From the IMG/VR virus record IMGVR_UViG_3300013121_000029, positions 64,001-128,000 of that record: a DNA stretch of 64,000 nt; one strand, written 5' to 3'. The stretch is from a virus. Lineage: Duplodnaviria > Caudoviricetes. How positions within the stretch are numbered: position 1 is the first letter of the stretch; each line of letters begins with the position of its first letter. Shown piece by piece: positions 10,608 through 20,420 of the stretch. The notes beneath the pieces were generated by a model. That model was not told the DNA's origin. It saw only the letters and a list, made by a program, of their open reading frames with translations, and did no database searches. Made by a program: the position numbers and the translations under genes.

Positions 10608-11235
10608 AATTAAAACAGTACTATGTGTGTTGAAGTCGGGTGGAAGGGAATATTCAGCACAAAATGTTCATATTCTTCAAGCATCATTAGCTAAACACAG
10701 TAATGCAAAACTAGTATGTTTATCAGATATCAAAGTTCCTTGCGAACGAATTCCGTTAGAATATAATTGGCCAGGATGGTGGTCTAAAATGGAATTGTTT
10801 AAACAGGTCTTTGATGACTCGGTCCTTTATGTTGATTTGGATACTACATTTGTTGATGATCCTGCTCCTTTGTGGAGAGAAGATTTTACAATGTTGGAAA
10901 GCATTTGGAAAAAAGGGGGATTAGGATCAGGGATTATGTCATGGAAGGGGGATTATAGATATTTGTTTGAAGCATTTAAAAAGAATCCTGCAAAGTACAT
11001 CGCAGAGTATAAAACAAACGGAAAATGGGGGGATCAAGATTTTATTCGTGATCACTTAGGATTTGTTCCGAAGTTTTTCGAAACGTCTCTTGCTGCTTCT
11101 TATAAAGGACACTGTACTGATCATTTAAGAAAACCTTTTTCGATACCACATCCTGATGTAAGAGTGGTTTACTTTCACGGTAAACCACGTCCGTGGCAAG
11201 TTCAACCTGTATCGAAAATTATTGATACAAAGTAA
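10597..11235 (+). CDS. GT8-like glycosyltransferase
   Basis: WWSKMELF, YVDLDT, WGDQDFI, FHGKPRPW. Confidence 0.75.
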   Translation: MTNEIKTVLCVLKSGGREYSAQNVHILQASLAKHSNAKLVCLSDIKVPCERIPLEYNWPGWWSKMELFKQVFDDSVLYVDLDTTFVDDPAPLWREDFTMLESIWKKGGLGSGIMSWKGDYRYLFEAFKKNPAKYIAEYKTNGKWGDQDFIRDHLGFVPKFFETSLAASYKGHCTDHLRKPFSIPHPDVRVVYFHGKPRPWQVQPVSKIIDTK

Positions 11236-11467
11236 TTGGAATTTCTTCTAATGGTTTCATTTCAATTCGATATGTACAATCGTTTTTAGTGCCGTGATAA
11301 TTTCTCATACATTCTAAACGTTTTGATTCAATATCACGCAAAGTCGGATGAAAAAATAATACTGACAAAGCACCTATCATAAAAAACAAAAATGCTATAA
11401 GTGCGCGTGAGAAAAATAATTTAAATAAAGAAGGATCATCCTTTCTTTTTTTCGGAAATCGCTTCAT
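11219..11467 (-). CDS. small membrane protein
   Basis: one hydrophobic helix; coupled to neighbours. Confidence 0.5.
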   Translation of the reverse strand: MKRFPKKRKDDPSLFKLFFSRALIAFLFFMIGALSVLFFHPTLRDIESKRLECMRNYHGTKNDCTYRIEMKPLEEIPITLYQ

Positions 11468-11633
11468 TCATATTCTCCATACCAAAAATAAAACCATAAA
11501 TCAATAATGCTAACATAACTAATGATGCAAAATATTGTCCATTATCGAAAAATGTGAACATTGCATCTCCAATCGCAATAATGACTCCCCAAAAAATAAT
11601 TACTATACTTGTCGTTTTAAGCATTTGTTTCAT
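11436..11633 (-). CDS. small two-TM membrane protein
   Basis: two hydrophobic segments, GGAG upstream. Confidence 0.5.
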   Translation of the reverse strand: MKQMLKTTSIVIIFWGVIIAIGDAMFTFFDNGQYFASLVMLALLIYGFIFGMENMNEAISEKKKG

Positions 11634-12393
11634 TGATTTCTCCTGTTAATAAACTGTGGTTAAATTTTTCATACTCACCGTTTTCGAAGAGATTTCCAGA
11701 TGTCTCACTTCCGTAATTTTCAATATAATTTGTTATTTCATAAACAGTATCCTTTCCAGTAGTTCCATATTTTCCATATGATTTAACCATATCAAAATTT
11801 CCAGATAAGTGTTTAATTAATAACCACTTACTAAAGTTTATATTCGAAGTTGGTAAAGCAACTGTCACGAGAGGACGAATACAAGGAATCTCCCATGAGA
11901 AATTAAGATCGTTTTCAATGACATCATCGTCGATAAACGACAGTAATTTTGAGATAATCTGATTAGGAGTTAGATTGTTAAAAGTATTATCGTTAAAATT
12001 CTGTTCGACAATAGTATCGATAGCTGTTAACACATCATTTTTAAGAATTACTCTATCACATTGCCATAAAATGGCATCCTCGGACCTGCTTATAATTGAC
12101 CAATGTGTATCGATATCAATCTTAGTATAAGCATAGAGAGACGAACTAAGTTGCTCCCATGTAAAAGGACCTTTGAATGGAATATTAAATAATTTAACAG
12201 GTAATGCGCCATATAATTTTGTATATGGTTTTATATTGATCACAATATGATCACTAACAAACGATTGTTCTTCTGTTAATAACGTTTTGGATGCATCTTC
12301 AATTATTTGAGAGAACAATTGAGTCTTCGCTAGTCGAGTTGCTAGATTCAGATAAGAGGAATCTAGCAATTTGCGAAATAGTAGCTGGTTCAT
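11617..12393 (-). CDS. hypothetical protein
   Basis: 258-aa ORF with AAGGA RBS. Confidence 0.6.
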   Translation of the reverse strand: MNQLLFRKLLDSSYLNLATRLAKTQLFSQIIEDASKTLLTEEQSFVSDHIVINIKPYTKLYGALPVKLFNIPFKGPFTWEQLSSSLYAYTKIDIDTHWSIISRSEDAILWQCDRVILKNDVLTAIDTIVEQNFNDNTFNNLTPNQIISKLLSFIDDDVIENDLNFSWEIPCIRPLVTVALPTSNINFSKWLLIKHLSGNFDMVKSYGKYGTTGKDTVYEITNYIENYGSETSGNLFENGEYEKFNHSLLTGEINETNA

Positions 12394-12784
12394 GTTTGTG
12401 TCCTTTAATGTATGAAGTTAATGGGTGTTGATCGTTCAAAAAATCGGTTATTTGTTTTTTGCTATTAAAATATGAAGCGCCATCAGTTACTACAAAGCAA
12501 GACCATTTCCATTCGTAATGTCCTGCATTGAAGTTAAAACGAAGTTCCCAACAAGTAATATGTTCTTTCTTTTCTAAGAAGATACATTCAATTTCTAAAT
12601 TAATTGTTGCAACAGTTGAATCACTGATGGTTGGAGGCAATTCTACAAACCTAATTGAGCTAGGCAATCTCTCAAATGGTGAGAATTCATTTGTGTCTGT
12701 AAATAAATTTAATTTTGGATCTAATGTGAGATTAGACACATCTAACATTAATTCAACATACTTATTTGTATGATTGGGCCACAT
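12299..12784 (-). CDS. hypothetical protein
   Basis: 161-aa ORF with GAGGAG RBS. Confidence 0.6.
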   Translation of the reverse strand: MWPNHTNKYVELMLDVSNLTLDPKLNLFTDTNEFSPFERLPSSIRFVELPPTISDSTVATINLEIECIFLEKKEHITCWELRFNFNAGHYEWKWSCFVVTDGASYFNSKKQITDFLNDQHPLTSYIKGHKHEPATISQIARFLLSESSNSTSEDSIVLSNN

Positions 12785-12935
12785 TATTTTTTTCTCCTCA
12801 TTCTGTACATTAAATTAGATTTGGGCGGGGTTTTGTATTGAGAAGATTTAATCAATAATTGTTTGATATATGGATATGCATATAATACAAAAATTATAAA
12901 ACATGCCAATAAAAAAACATGAAAAAGTGATGTCA

Positions 12936-13622
12936 TTATTTAAACTCCTCTAAAATTAAAAGTGCATTATTCCAGTCTTTCGATTTTGCTTCTTTGAACC
13001 AATCTGTATAAAAAACAGCATTTTTCAAAAATTGAATTTGTAGTGGAACAAATGTTTCTACTGTCAAGTCCTTAAATTTAGGACTTCTTTTAAGTTCTGT
13101 TAATAATCCTTCAAATATCATATCCATCCAATCAGGCTCTAATATTTGCATTAAATCACAATCCCGAATGATTTTTTGTTCGAGGGTAATTGGTTCTTTA
13201 CAAAAAGGATATTCAGTTACACTAATTATACTAGCTGTTTCATTGACAAACGATGCATCCCATCTGTCTTTTAAAGATTCAACAGCTTCATTGATAGCAA
13301 GAGCTACATTAATTGTATCATTGAATTTTCCGGCAGTATGATGGATGTCATGAAACACACATGCAGCAATTAATTCTTTCATGTGCTTAGGTGTTTGTTT
13401 TCGTTTAATGTACCAATGACATGCATCATAAGCATTAACCACCATGCAAGCAGTATGATATGTGTTATGGTAAGGATTATTTTTAAGTGCAGGATTATTC
13501 ATTGCAATGTTAAATTCTGGCTCTAAACCAAACATTACACATACTTGTTTAGCTTGTATGATTTTATTTGCGCGATGTTGAGGAACGTGGTGTTTGTGTT
13601 TTATGTAATCTACAACATTCAT
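12936..13622 (-). CDS. HD-superfamily phosphohydrolase (PDE-like signature)
   Basis: NPYHNTYH, FHDIHH, IIRDCDL; start uncertain (13622 or 13676). Confidence 0.75.
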   Translation of the reverse strand: MNVVDYIKHKHHVPQHRANKIIQAKQVCVMFGLEPEFNIAMNNPALKNNPYHNTYHTACMVVNAYDACHWYIKRKQTPKHMKELIAACVFHDIHHTAGKFNDTINVALAINEAVESLKDRWDASFVNETASIISVTEYPFCKEPITLEQKIIRDCDLMQILEPDWMDMIFEGLLTELKRSPKFKDLTVETFVPLQIQFLKNAVFYTDWFKEAKSKDWNNALLILEEFK

Positions 13623-13682
13623 CGTATAATCCTTAATTATTTTGATTATTATACGATGAATATTTTTGAAGTTCAACTATTT

Positions 13683-13970
13683 TTAAGGATCATATGTTTG
13701 GGTTTGACCGAAACTTGTCATTACATCTTTATCAACTTCTACTAATTGATCATCTGTAAATTGTTGATTGATATTAACTTTAACACATTTATAACCTTTG
13801 GCTTTCATTGTTTCCCACAATCCTTCATACATATTAGTTTGAACAGGAACGGCCAATTCAAAATGTTTCTCAAATGCTTGCTTAAGCGTAAGTTTTATAT
13901 CATTACCTGAAGCATATACAGTACCTCGTTGAGTCAAAACTAACCACAAACTATCTTGTACTTTAAGCAT
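13683..13970 (-). CDS. hypothetical protein
   Basis: 95-aa ORF in operon. Confidence 0.55.
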   Translation of the reverse strand: MLKVQDSLWLVLTQRGTVYASGNDIKLTLKQAFEKHFELAVPVQTNMYEGLWETMKAKGYKCVKVNINQQFTDDQLVEVDKDVMTSFGQTQTYDP

Positions 13971-13971
13971 A

Positions 13972-14655
13972 TTATTCTCCTGACATTAAAAAGTTATTCA
14001 TAATATCATGATATGCAATGAGATGTTCTCTATCAAAAATGTAAACTTGATCGCACACTATTGCGATTTCATGACCTGAGCGAATTGCAGCTTTTAAATT
14101 TTCATCAGTATACTTAAATGTATCTAAAAGATGCATGAAATACTCTTTTTTCTCTGATGCCCATTTATTAGACCATTGACGATAAAGAGGAGCATTTGAT
14201 GCCGTTGGTGAATCACTTTTATACTGAGAGTAATATTCATTGTCATCCTCGAACTTGTTATCAAGAGCGAATGTAAAATCCGGTATAATAGGGGACCAAT
14301 AAAACGTAAAATCTCCTTTCGGGAGAACACACATTACATTACCAAACTCGTCTGCTTGCCCAATCTCTCCTGTTGTAAATAACGCTTCAGATCTTACTTT
14401 AACACCGAATTTTTGTTGGAAATACTCATTTGCATTATCATGATATGCTTGAGGTGAGCCAAGTGGTTTACGATCTTTTCTAACTTTAGCGAGTGTTAAG
14501 TCATTTTGAAACGATTGTTGAAATCCACGAAATAGTGGAAAATTTTTGAGATCATAATTTATTTGTTGTAAGAAAGGTTTACACTCTTCAAATAATATTG
14601 TAGCTATTTCTAAATCTCGTTGGTTTATATTAGTTGTAATTTCGTGCAGCTTCAT
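13972..14655 (-). CDS. putative virion-internal protein, possible ADP-ribosyltransferase-like fold
   Basis: MKLHEI N-terminus; LFRG...ALFTTG...HEIAI. Confidence 0.4.
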   Translation of the reverse strand: MKLHEITTNINQRDLEIATILFEECKPFLQQINYDLKNFPLFRGFQQSFQNDLTLAKVRKDRKPLGSPQAYHDNANEYFQQKFGVKVRSEALFTTGEIGQADEFGNVMCVLPKGDFTFYWSPIIPDFTFALDNKFEDDNEYYSQYKSDSPTASNAPLYRQWSNKWASEKKEYFMHLLDTFKYTDENLKAAIRSGHEIAIVCDQVYIFDREHLIAYHDIMNNFLMSGE

Positions 14656-15368
14656 TAGATTATCTCACCATTGACTATAAAATTTGAAGGCAACTGTTCT
14701 TTTTTAAATTTTAAATTAGGAAAAGAGTTTAAACTTGAATGGTTAACATATAACCTTCCTTGTACCACAACATTGTGTCTACTTAATTCATCTACTAACA
14801 TTTTATGGTATTCAGGAATTTCGCCAATTGGCATTTCTTGTAACATTAATAAATCTTCGCCAATTTCATCAGGAATACCATTTAATGTTTTGTAGCCACT
14901 ATACGATATGTTGAGATCAATTTTTATTTTCTTGGGTAATCCTTGTAATGTTTTTAAAGTGGATATGTATCTTCCATAATAAGATGAAGCATTTTGAGTG
15001 ACGTGTTGAAAAGATTCGATACTAGTGTCTGTACAGACATATGCTTCTTTAACTATTCTAGGTGAATATTGTAACGATCTAAGAGATCTATTCCCCGCAC
15101 AATTAAACTCACCTTCTACTATAATTGGACATCCTTTAAGTGTGTTAAGGGCAGAATCTACAATACTAAAATCACCCTCTACAGTACCAAATTGAACAGG
15201 AAGATTGTTATGGTCGAACCTGTGAAGGTTAACACTGTTTTGCACATGAACGTGTCCAGTATGTTTCCCTATAACAATATCTTCAATACCATGCCTTTCA
15301 CACCACTCGTGTATTTGTTTGTGGTCTGTGAGGAAGGATTGTTGTTCAACAAGTTGTTGTAATTTCAT
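14655..15368 (-). CDS. LRR-like repeat protein, putative virion-internal
   Basis: MKLQQLVE; repeated LxxLxGxPxxVxG units; TAAATA at 15388-15393. Confidence 0.6.
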   Translation of the reverse strand: MKLQQLVEQQSFLTDHKQIHEWCERHGIEDIVIGKHTGHVHVQNSVNLHRFDHNNLPVQFGTVEGDFSIVDSALNTLKGCPIIVEGEFNCAGNRSLRSLQYSPRIVKEAYVCTDTSIESFQHVTQNASSYYGRYISTLKTLQGLPKKIKIDLNISYSGYKTLNGIPDEIGEDLLMLQEMPIGEIPEYHKMLVDELSRHNVVVQGRLYVNHSSLNSFPNLKFKKEQLPSNFIVNGEII

Positions 15369-15393
15369 ATGTTAAAGTATTTTATGATATTTA

Positions 15394-15927
15394 TCAATAT
15401 TCTTGTGTATCTTGATTAATTACAATACTATTCATATGTTGTTCAATTTCATCGTATGACCAAGGTGTAAAATTATGTCCATCTACACCAACGTCTAAAA
15501 TTCTACCAGGTCCTTTGTATCTTGTATGGGTGTGTCCGTGAAGATGGAATGATCCGTGAAAGCTACCATTCCAACTAGCAAAAGGATAATGGCAGAGTAC
15601 AACTTTTTGTTTATTTCTAATGCTGATTTCTTTATAGTGAGTCATTTCGTCAAAGTATGCTTTAACTTCTCTATCCCACATCTGCTTGTCATGATTACCA
15701 ACGATTAGAATTTTCTTACCATTCAATCTTCTCAAAATATTGCATAAGATATCAGGTCTTGCAAATCCAAAATCTCCTAAATGAAACACTGTATCTGTGG
15801 GTTTAACTACTTTGTTATGATTTTCAATCATAGTTTCATTCATCTCTTCAACTGAAGAGAAGGGTCTATTACAATATTTAATTATATTTTTATGGTAGTA
15901 ATGGGTATCACTAGTAAGCCAATGCAT
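15394..15927 (-). CDS. calcineurin-like metallophosphoesterase
   Basis: TSDTH, HLGD, GNHD, HGHTH, DVGVD. Confidence 0.85.
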   Translation of the reverse strand: MHWLTSDTHYYHKNIIKYCNRPFSSVEEMNETMIENHNKVVKPTDTVFHLGDFGFARPDILCNILRRLNGKKILIVGNHDKQMWDREVKAYFDEMTHYKEISIRNKQKVVLCHYPFASWNGSFHGSFHLHGHTHTRYKGPGRILDVGVDGHNFTPWSYDEIEQHMNSIVINQDTQEY

Positions 15928-15938
15928 TTTATTCTCCT

Positions 15939-17135
15939 TTATTCAAAATCTTCTAATTTATGGATTTTACATCCGTTTGGTATTAAATCTGTTCTTGAGT
16001 TGTCCTGATATAAGAACCAATTCCACAAATGGGGCTCATTTAACTTACAAAGCGTTCCACGCCCGTCAGTGAATACAAACGCTATTTTCTTACCTGGTAC
16101 TTTATCAAATACTGTTTGAAAAAAACTAAATGATGTTCCGCCATCTTCAAATTCTGGGTTATTAATATCAATCTTATACCAGTCATCATGAAAACCAAAC
16201 AAATGGACTTCGAAAAATTCTTTTGGTAATGCTCTTGCAAAACCTAAAAAATGATGTCTATATTCATCACAGGAACCAGATGTATCTAATAATATTACTA
16301 CATTAATTTTATCAAATATTTCCACTTCATTAGTGGAAGGTATGCACAATCCATTTGATTCTAAATGTCGTAATCGTTTGTGAGGTAACCAGGTATAATG
16401 TTCATTTGTACGAAACATGGTCTTTTGTAGATATTTTGCAAAATCTATCCATGTCTTTTTTCTTTTCTCTATTATATGAGCATCAGTTTTATCAGAGGAA
16501 CGTCCAAGACCAGATTGTGGGTCTAACTGTTGTGAAATTAGGTCCTTTATTTGTTTTGGATTTTTTTCTGGTAATAAATCTGTTAGGTCTTCTTCTAATT
16601 GCTTTTTTATTTCATCCATATCTTCAGGAGATATAGATGTGTGAATATCAAATCCCAATCCATTATCAGGTGGTAATTTCTTTCTTAGAATAAACAAATA
16701 TTCTTCAGCACTTAAATTATCCATTAACACTTCATTAGGAATTACTGTATCACACCAACAACCATATTTTCTCAAATGTGGTAATTGTGATTCGTTAATA
16801 GTAAAATGACGTAAAATACTATGATTAACAGCAACATCAAGAGCATAATTAGTAATGTAGTCATATGTATTAAAACGTTCGAAATGATATAAAAACACAT
16901 GATAGCATTCGTGTAAGATTAAGAACATTTGTTCTTGTGTTGTTAAAGAATTCCAAAATACAGGATTAAATGTAAATTGTATTCTTCCTTTATGAGCTGA
17001 TACACATGCTGTCGAAATCTTTTCGCTCCACGTGAGTGGAGCTTTATATAATAAAGCATACAGTACTATATTAAATTCGTGAATTTCATCCACAAATTGT
17101 TTAAATTGTTCTTGTTCTTTTTGATATGTTGTCAT
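15939..17135 (-). CDS. HExxH metallopeptidase-like + VWA domain protein (MoxR partner)
   Basis: ILHECYH, NYALDVAVN, LDTSGS MIDAS, GGT, FTDG. Confidence 0.8.
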   Translation of the reverse strand: MTTYQKEQEQFKQFVDEIHEFNIVLYALLYKAPLTWSEKISTACVSAHKGRIQFTFNPVFWNSLTTQEQMFLILHECYHVFLYHFERFNTYDYITNYALDVAVNHSILRHFTINESQLPHLRKYGCWCDTVIPNEVLMDNLSAEEYLFILRKKLPPDNGLGFDIHTSISPEDMDEIKKQLEEDLTDLLPEKNPKQIKDLISQQLDPQSGLGRSSDKTDAHIIEKRKKTWIDFAKYLQKTMFRTNEHYTWLPHKRLRHLESNGLCIPSTNEVEIFDKINVVILLDTSGSCDEYRHHFLGFARALPKEFFEVHLFGFHDDWYKIDINNPEFEDGGTSFSFFQTVFDKVPGKKIAFVFTDGRGTLCKLNEPHLWNWFLYQDNSRTDLIPNGCKIHKLEDFE

Positions 17136-18385
17136 TTAAGTTTGTTTACATTGTCTCTTAATTTAGGCATCTTGATAAAAGCAGAATCATCATCATCATT
17201 GTTCTCTTCCTCTCCCATCATATCCCACAAAGCATCTATTTCTTTAGGGGATGGAGTTGTCCATGATTGAGCTTTAATAGTTATATCGTCGTCTGAAAGA
17301 TCCCAAGCTCTCATAATTGATATTTTTCGAGCAGTAGCATTTCTAGCTAACATTCTATTAAGATGGTTAGTAAAAGAGTTTGGTTCTGACATATAATCAA
17401 TTAATGCTGCTGCTTTTACTTGATCATTAGTTCCATAATCGATCATACGTTGTCCTACTGCCGAAACTGTTGGATTAAAAGCAGCAGATGTTTTTCCAAC
17501 ACGTTTAAACAAATGAACGAATTCTTCATTTGATAAAGCACGAAGTTTCTTTGAAAACGCAGCTTTGTCAAGTGACTCTCTGGTTAAATCAGCAATAGAA
17601 GCATTAACGAAATTAACATTTTGGGAAATGCCAGAGGAAGTTGGTTTTGTTTTAACAATAGGCAATGCTTCTTTTTCATCTTGCACTACCTTTATAAATG
17701 TACTTTTTTTGATACAATTTGGTAACGTATCGTTAATGTCCCCACCATCATTAAGCATTTGTAATGCATGATCGATTTCACGTGGTGGAAATTGTAATTG
17801 GATATCTTTTGGTAAACTATCCCACCACTCAGTAATATTTGATGTTATTTTCTTTCCATACTTCTCTTCGAAATACGTCTCAGCGATTTTAAAAGGAACA
17901 GTATACTTAACATGAAATCTCGATCTCACAGCAGGATCTAATTCTTGCACATGATATTGTGGATCTTTATCTTTAGTGGCAGGAGGGTTAATGGCAGCAA
18001 AAATCATTTTAAGATTATTTAATTTTTTGCCATTGATTGATTTAAATTGAATCAACTCCATCAAAGCATTCATTACTTTAGGTGGAGCTCTGTTCATTTC
18101 GTCTAATACAATTACATCAATTTCATCAAACGCAAAGAACTTTGGTCTAACTAAATCTAAATATGCAATTTGTCTATCGTTATCAAATTGCTCTTTTGGA
18201 ATACCAACAAAATCTACCCAAGGATCAAGAGTAGCGCAGCTAAAATATTGGTATCTAAGATTATGACGGTGAAGGGCTTGAAATATGGCGCTGGTCTTTC
18301 CGACGCCATGATTTCCTTCTAAAAGGACGTTATAGTTATGACTAATCCAGAAATCTAATTTTTTCTGTGGTATTGTTTCTTTCAT
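17132..18385 (-). CDS. MoxR-like AAA+ ATPase
   Basis: GNHGVGKT, VLDEMNRA, LDPAVRSRF. Confidence 0.85.
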   Translation of the reverse strand: MKETIPQKKLDFWISHNYNVLLEGNHGVGKTSAIFQALHRHNLRYQYFSCATLDPWVDFVGIPKEQFDNDRQIAYLDLVRPKFFAFDEIDVIVLDEMNRAPPKVMNALMELIQFKSINGKKLNNLKMIFAAINPPATKDKDPQYHVQELDPAVRSRFHVKYTVPFKIAETYFEEKYGKKITSNITEWWDSLPKDIQLQFPPREIDHALQMLNDGGDINDTLPNCIKKSTFIKVVQDEKEALPIVKTKPTSSGISQNVNFVNASIADLTRESLDKAAFSKKLRALSNEEFVHLFKRVGKTSAAFNPTVSAVGQRMIDYGTNDQVKAAALIDYMSEPNSFTNHLNRMLARNATARKISIMRAWDLSDDDITIKAQSWTTPSPKEIDALWDMMGEEENNDDDDSAFIKMPKLRDNVNKLK

Positions 18386-18408
18386 TTATTATACTCTTTT
18401 GAATGAAT

Positions 18409-18437
18409 ATTATAAATGAAAGTTTTTGTTAATTCAA
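18409..18437 (-). promoter_or_regulatory. sigma70-type promoter
   Basis: TTGAAT-17-TATAAT. Confidence 0.7.
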
Positions 18438-18438
18438 C

Positions 18439-19287
18439 TTATACCTCAAAAGAAAAATCGTATCTAAAGAATAATTCATCTTCATCACGGTTTACTTCTT
18501 GATTTTCAAAACCAACACCATAAGGATTAGTTAACACAGTCGTTCTTCCAAATGAATAATTATTGGACGAATGAACATGTCCATGACACCAAAAATTAGG
18601 TCCTTTATTATCTAAAAATTCCTCAGTGAAGTCACTAATGTATCCGCCATTACATATATGGTTCTCATATCTTTTATCAATGGACAGAGCAGTAGGACCG
18701 TGATGGGTAACAACTACCGTTTTTAGATTTTGTTGGGACATATTTTCAATCGTATTAAAGATATACGAGTAAGATTCTTTATGTAACTCTAAAAGGTCAG
18801 ACGAGATTACCATTGGTACCTTAGAAGAATTATGATATTGAGGACCATTTATATTGGAAATGTGTCTCGAATCAAACATTTTCTGTTGACAATTAAACAT
18901 AACCATAGGAGTTTCGTTGAAGTAATTCGTCCAAAGAGTCGCACCAATTATAGCAACATCATCGAAAATGATATGTTGATTGTTTAGAACAGACACATTT
19001 TTCAGAGGTTGGAGAATGCGTTGGAGATAGTGAAGATCACTTATATCGCTACCCCAATATTCATGATTTCCAGGAACATAAATGACGTGCTTAAATCTCG
19101 AATTTACATCTTCGAACCACTGATATACATAATTACGAAGATCTGAAGGCATTCTCCAATGTGCAATGGGAAAGATGTCACCAGCTAATAACAATATAGT
19201 GTCAGCGTCAGTGACATCGTGTGGGATTTGTTTTTGAAAATATTTGTTATATTCAAAGTGCAAATCAGATAAAAGTTTAAATTTCAT
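18439..19287 (-). CDS. metallophosphoesterase
   Basis: SDLH, LAGDI, PGNHE, THHGP, HGHVH. Confidence 0.85.
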   Translation of the reverse strand: MKFKLLSDLHFEYNKYFQKQIPHDVTDADTILLLAGDIFPIAHWRMPSDLRNYVYQWFEDVNSRFKHVIYVPGNHEYWGSDISDLHYLQRILQPLKNVSVLNNQHIIFDDVAIIGATLWTNYFNETPMVMFNCQQKMFDSRHISNINGPQYHNSSKVPMVISSDLLELHKESYSYIFNTIENMSQQNLKTVVVTHHGPTALSIDKRYENHICNGGYISDFTEEFLDNKGPNFWCHGHVHSSNNYSFGRTTVLTNPYGVGFENQEVNRDEDELFFRYDFSFEV

Positions 19288-19299
19288 GTTACGTCCAAA

Positions 19300-19851
19300 T
19301 TATTTTCTATTTAGTGCTAATTTTTTCCATTTCTCTCTTGCTTCTTTTGCGGAGTAAAGATATGAATATGATACTTCATAATCTTTATAAAGGTAAGTAT
19401 CCCAAATATACTCATCCCATCCTTTCGGACAATATTTTTGCAAATCAGATACAGTTACTTCTCCATCAGTATAAGGTAGATTGTAAGCACATACTTCATT
19501 TAAAATTGTTAAATCTAAATTCTCATCACAAGCAGGATAGTCTACAAATCGACTTCCAAAAGGACCATCAATATCGTCATTTAGTGCAGAATAAGTTACA
19601 CGATCCATCGCACAAGTAATTGGTTGTGTCACAGGATGTAATACTGGAACATTATAGTGTAGTATTACAAACAGAATTATTACAAGAACTGGTAGTGCAA
19701 CAAACACTGATAGAAACATTACTATTAATCGTTCGAATACTGCAACAGCATATACAGGTTGTGATCCGATAGCATTAATTACTTTTAATGCAAGAAATAA
19801 TACCATCCCTAACATCAAACTACCAATTAAAACCATATTCATTGTGTCCAC
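19300..19851 (-). CDS. membrane protein
   Basis: two N-terminal TM helices. Confidence 0.55.
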   Translation of the reverse strand: MDTMNMVLIGSLMLGMVLFLALKVINAIGSQPVYAVAVFERLIVMFLSVFVALPVLVIILFVILHYNVPVLHPVTQPITCAMDRVTYSALNDDIDGPFGSRFVDYPACDENLDLTILNEVCAYNLPYTDGEVTVSDLQKYCPKGWDEYIWDTYLYKDYEVSYSYLYSAKEAREKWKKLALNRK

Positions 19852-19867
19852 CTTTTATGTAAAAATA

Positions 19868-19897
19868 AAGCCTCTCATTGTTACGTGAGAGGCTTTA
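19868..19897 (-). terminator. intrinsic terminator
   Basis: aaagcctctca/tgagaggcttt inverted repeat with T-tract on - strand. Confidence 0.75.
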
Positions 19898-19914
19898 CTG
19901 ACTCACTTGCCGAA

Positions 19915-20193
19915 TTACTCAGGGCGAGCAATTGGCTCAGCTGCAGCAGCTGCTTTCTCTTTGCGCTTCTTGGTAGAGGCGCTGTGATGAACGTAGAGTT
20001 TTCCGCCGTTTGCAGCAGCGTTCTTGTTCATCTGGTAGTAAGCAGAAGCGCAATCCTTAGACGCAGGGCCTTCAGCGATGAAACGCTGCATGAACGCTTT
20101 GCGTGGGGAAGCTACGGATGCATCTGCAGTCACTTCAGCGTAGATTGCCTTAGCGATAGCCATTTTGTTTACTTTGTTGGTTTCAGTAGTCAT
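19915..20193 (-). CDS. small basic Ala/Lys-rich early protein
   Basis: AAGGAG RBS, two promoters, own terminator, GC-richer than flanks. Confidence 0.7.
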   Translation of the reverse strand: MTTETNKVNKMAIAKAIYAEVTADASVASPRKAFMQRFIAEGPASKDCASAYYQMNKNAAANGGKLYVHHSASTKKRKEKAAAAAEPIARPE

Positions 20194-20255
20194 ACTAGAT
20201 CTCCTTCGTTAGTTAGTTTTGACTTCGTCTGAGAGAACCGCTCTCTCATACGTTT

Positions 20256-20383
20256 ATAATATCACGATTAATCTTCCGAATCAACGTTTTTCTTTTCCAG
20301 TAACTACTTCGATGTTTCGTAAAAAGTCATTCGATGTCTTAACGTGATAGAATCATTATACGTTATCTATATTTCGTTTTCAA
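20256..20383 (-). promoter_or_regulatory. tandem sigma70-type promoters
   Basis: TTGATT-17-TATTAT (20256-20284) and TTGAAA-17-TATAAT (20355-20383). Confidence 0.7.
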
Positions 20384-20387
20384 CGGT

Positions 20388-20418
20388 AACAAAAAACCTC
20401 CTAAAAGGAGGTTTTGTT
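20388..20418 (-). terminator. intrinsic terminator
   Basis: aaaacctcc-taaaa-ggaggtttt hairpin just after the 20421 stop. Confidence 0.75.
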
Positions 20419-20420
20419 AA

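Noticed and set aside
392-11235. Bacterial O-antigen or capsule locus
   Set aside because: No wzx/wzy/wzz or ABC exporter, and the context and promoter motifs are phage-like.
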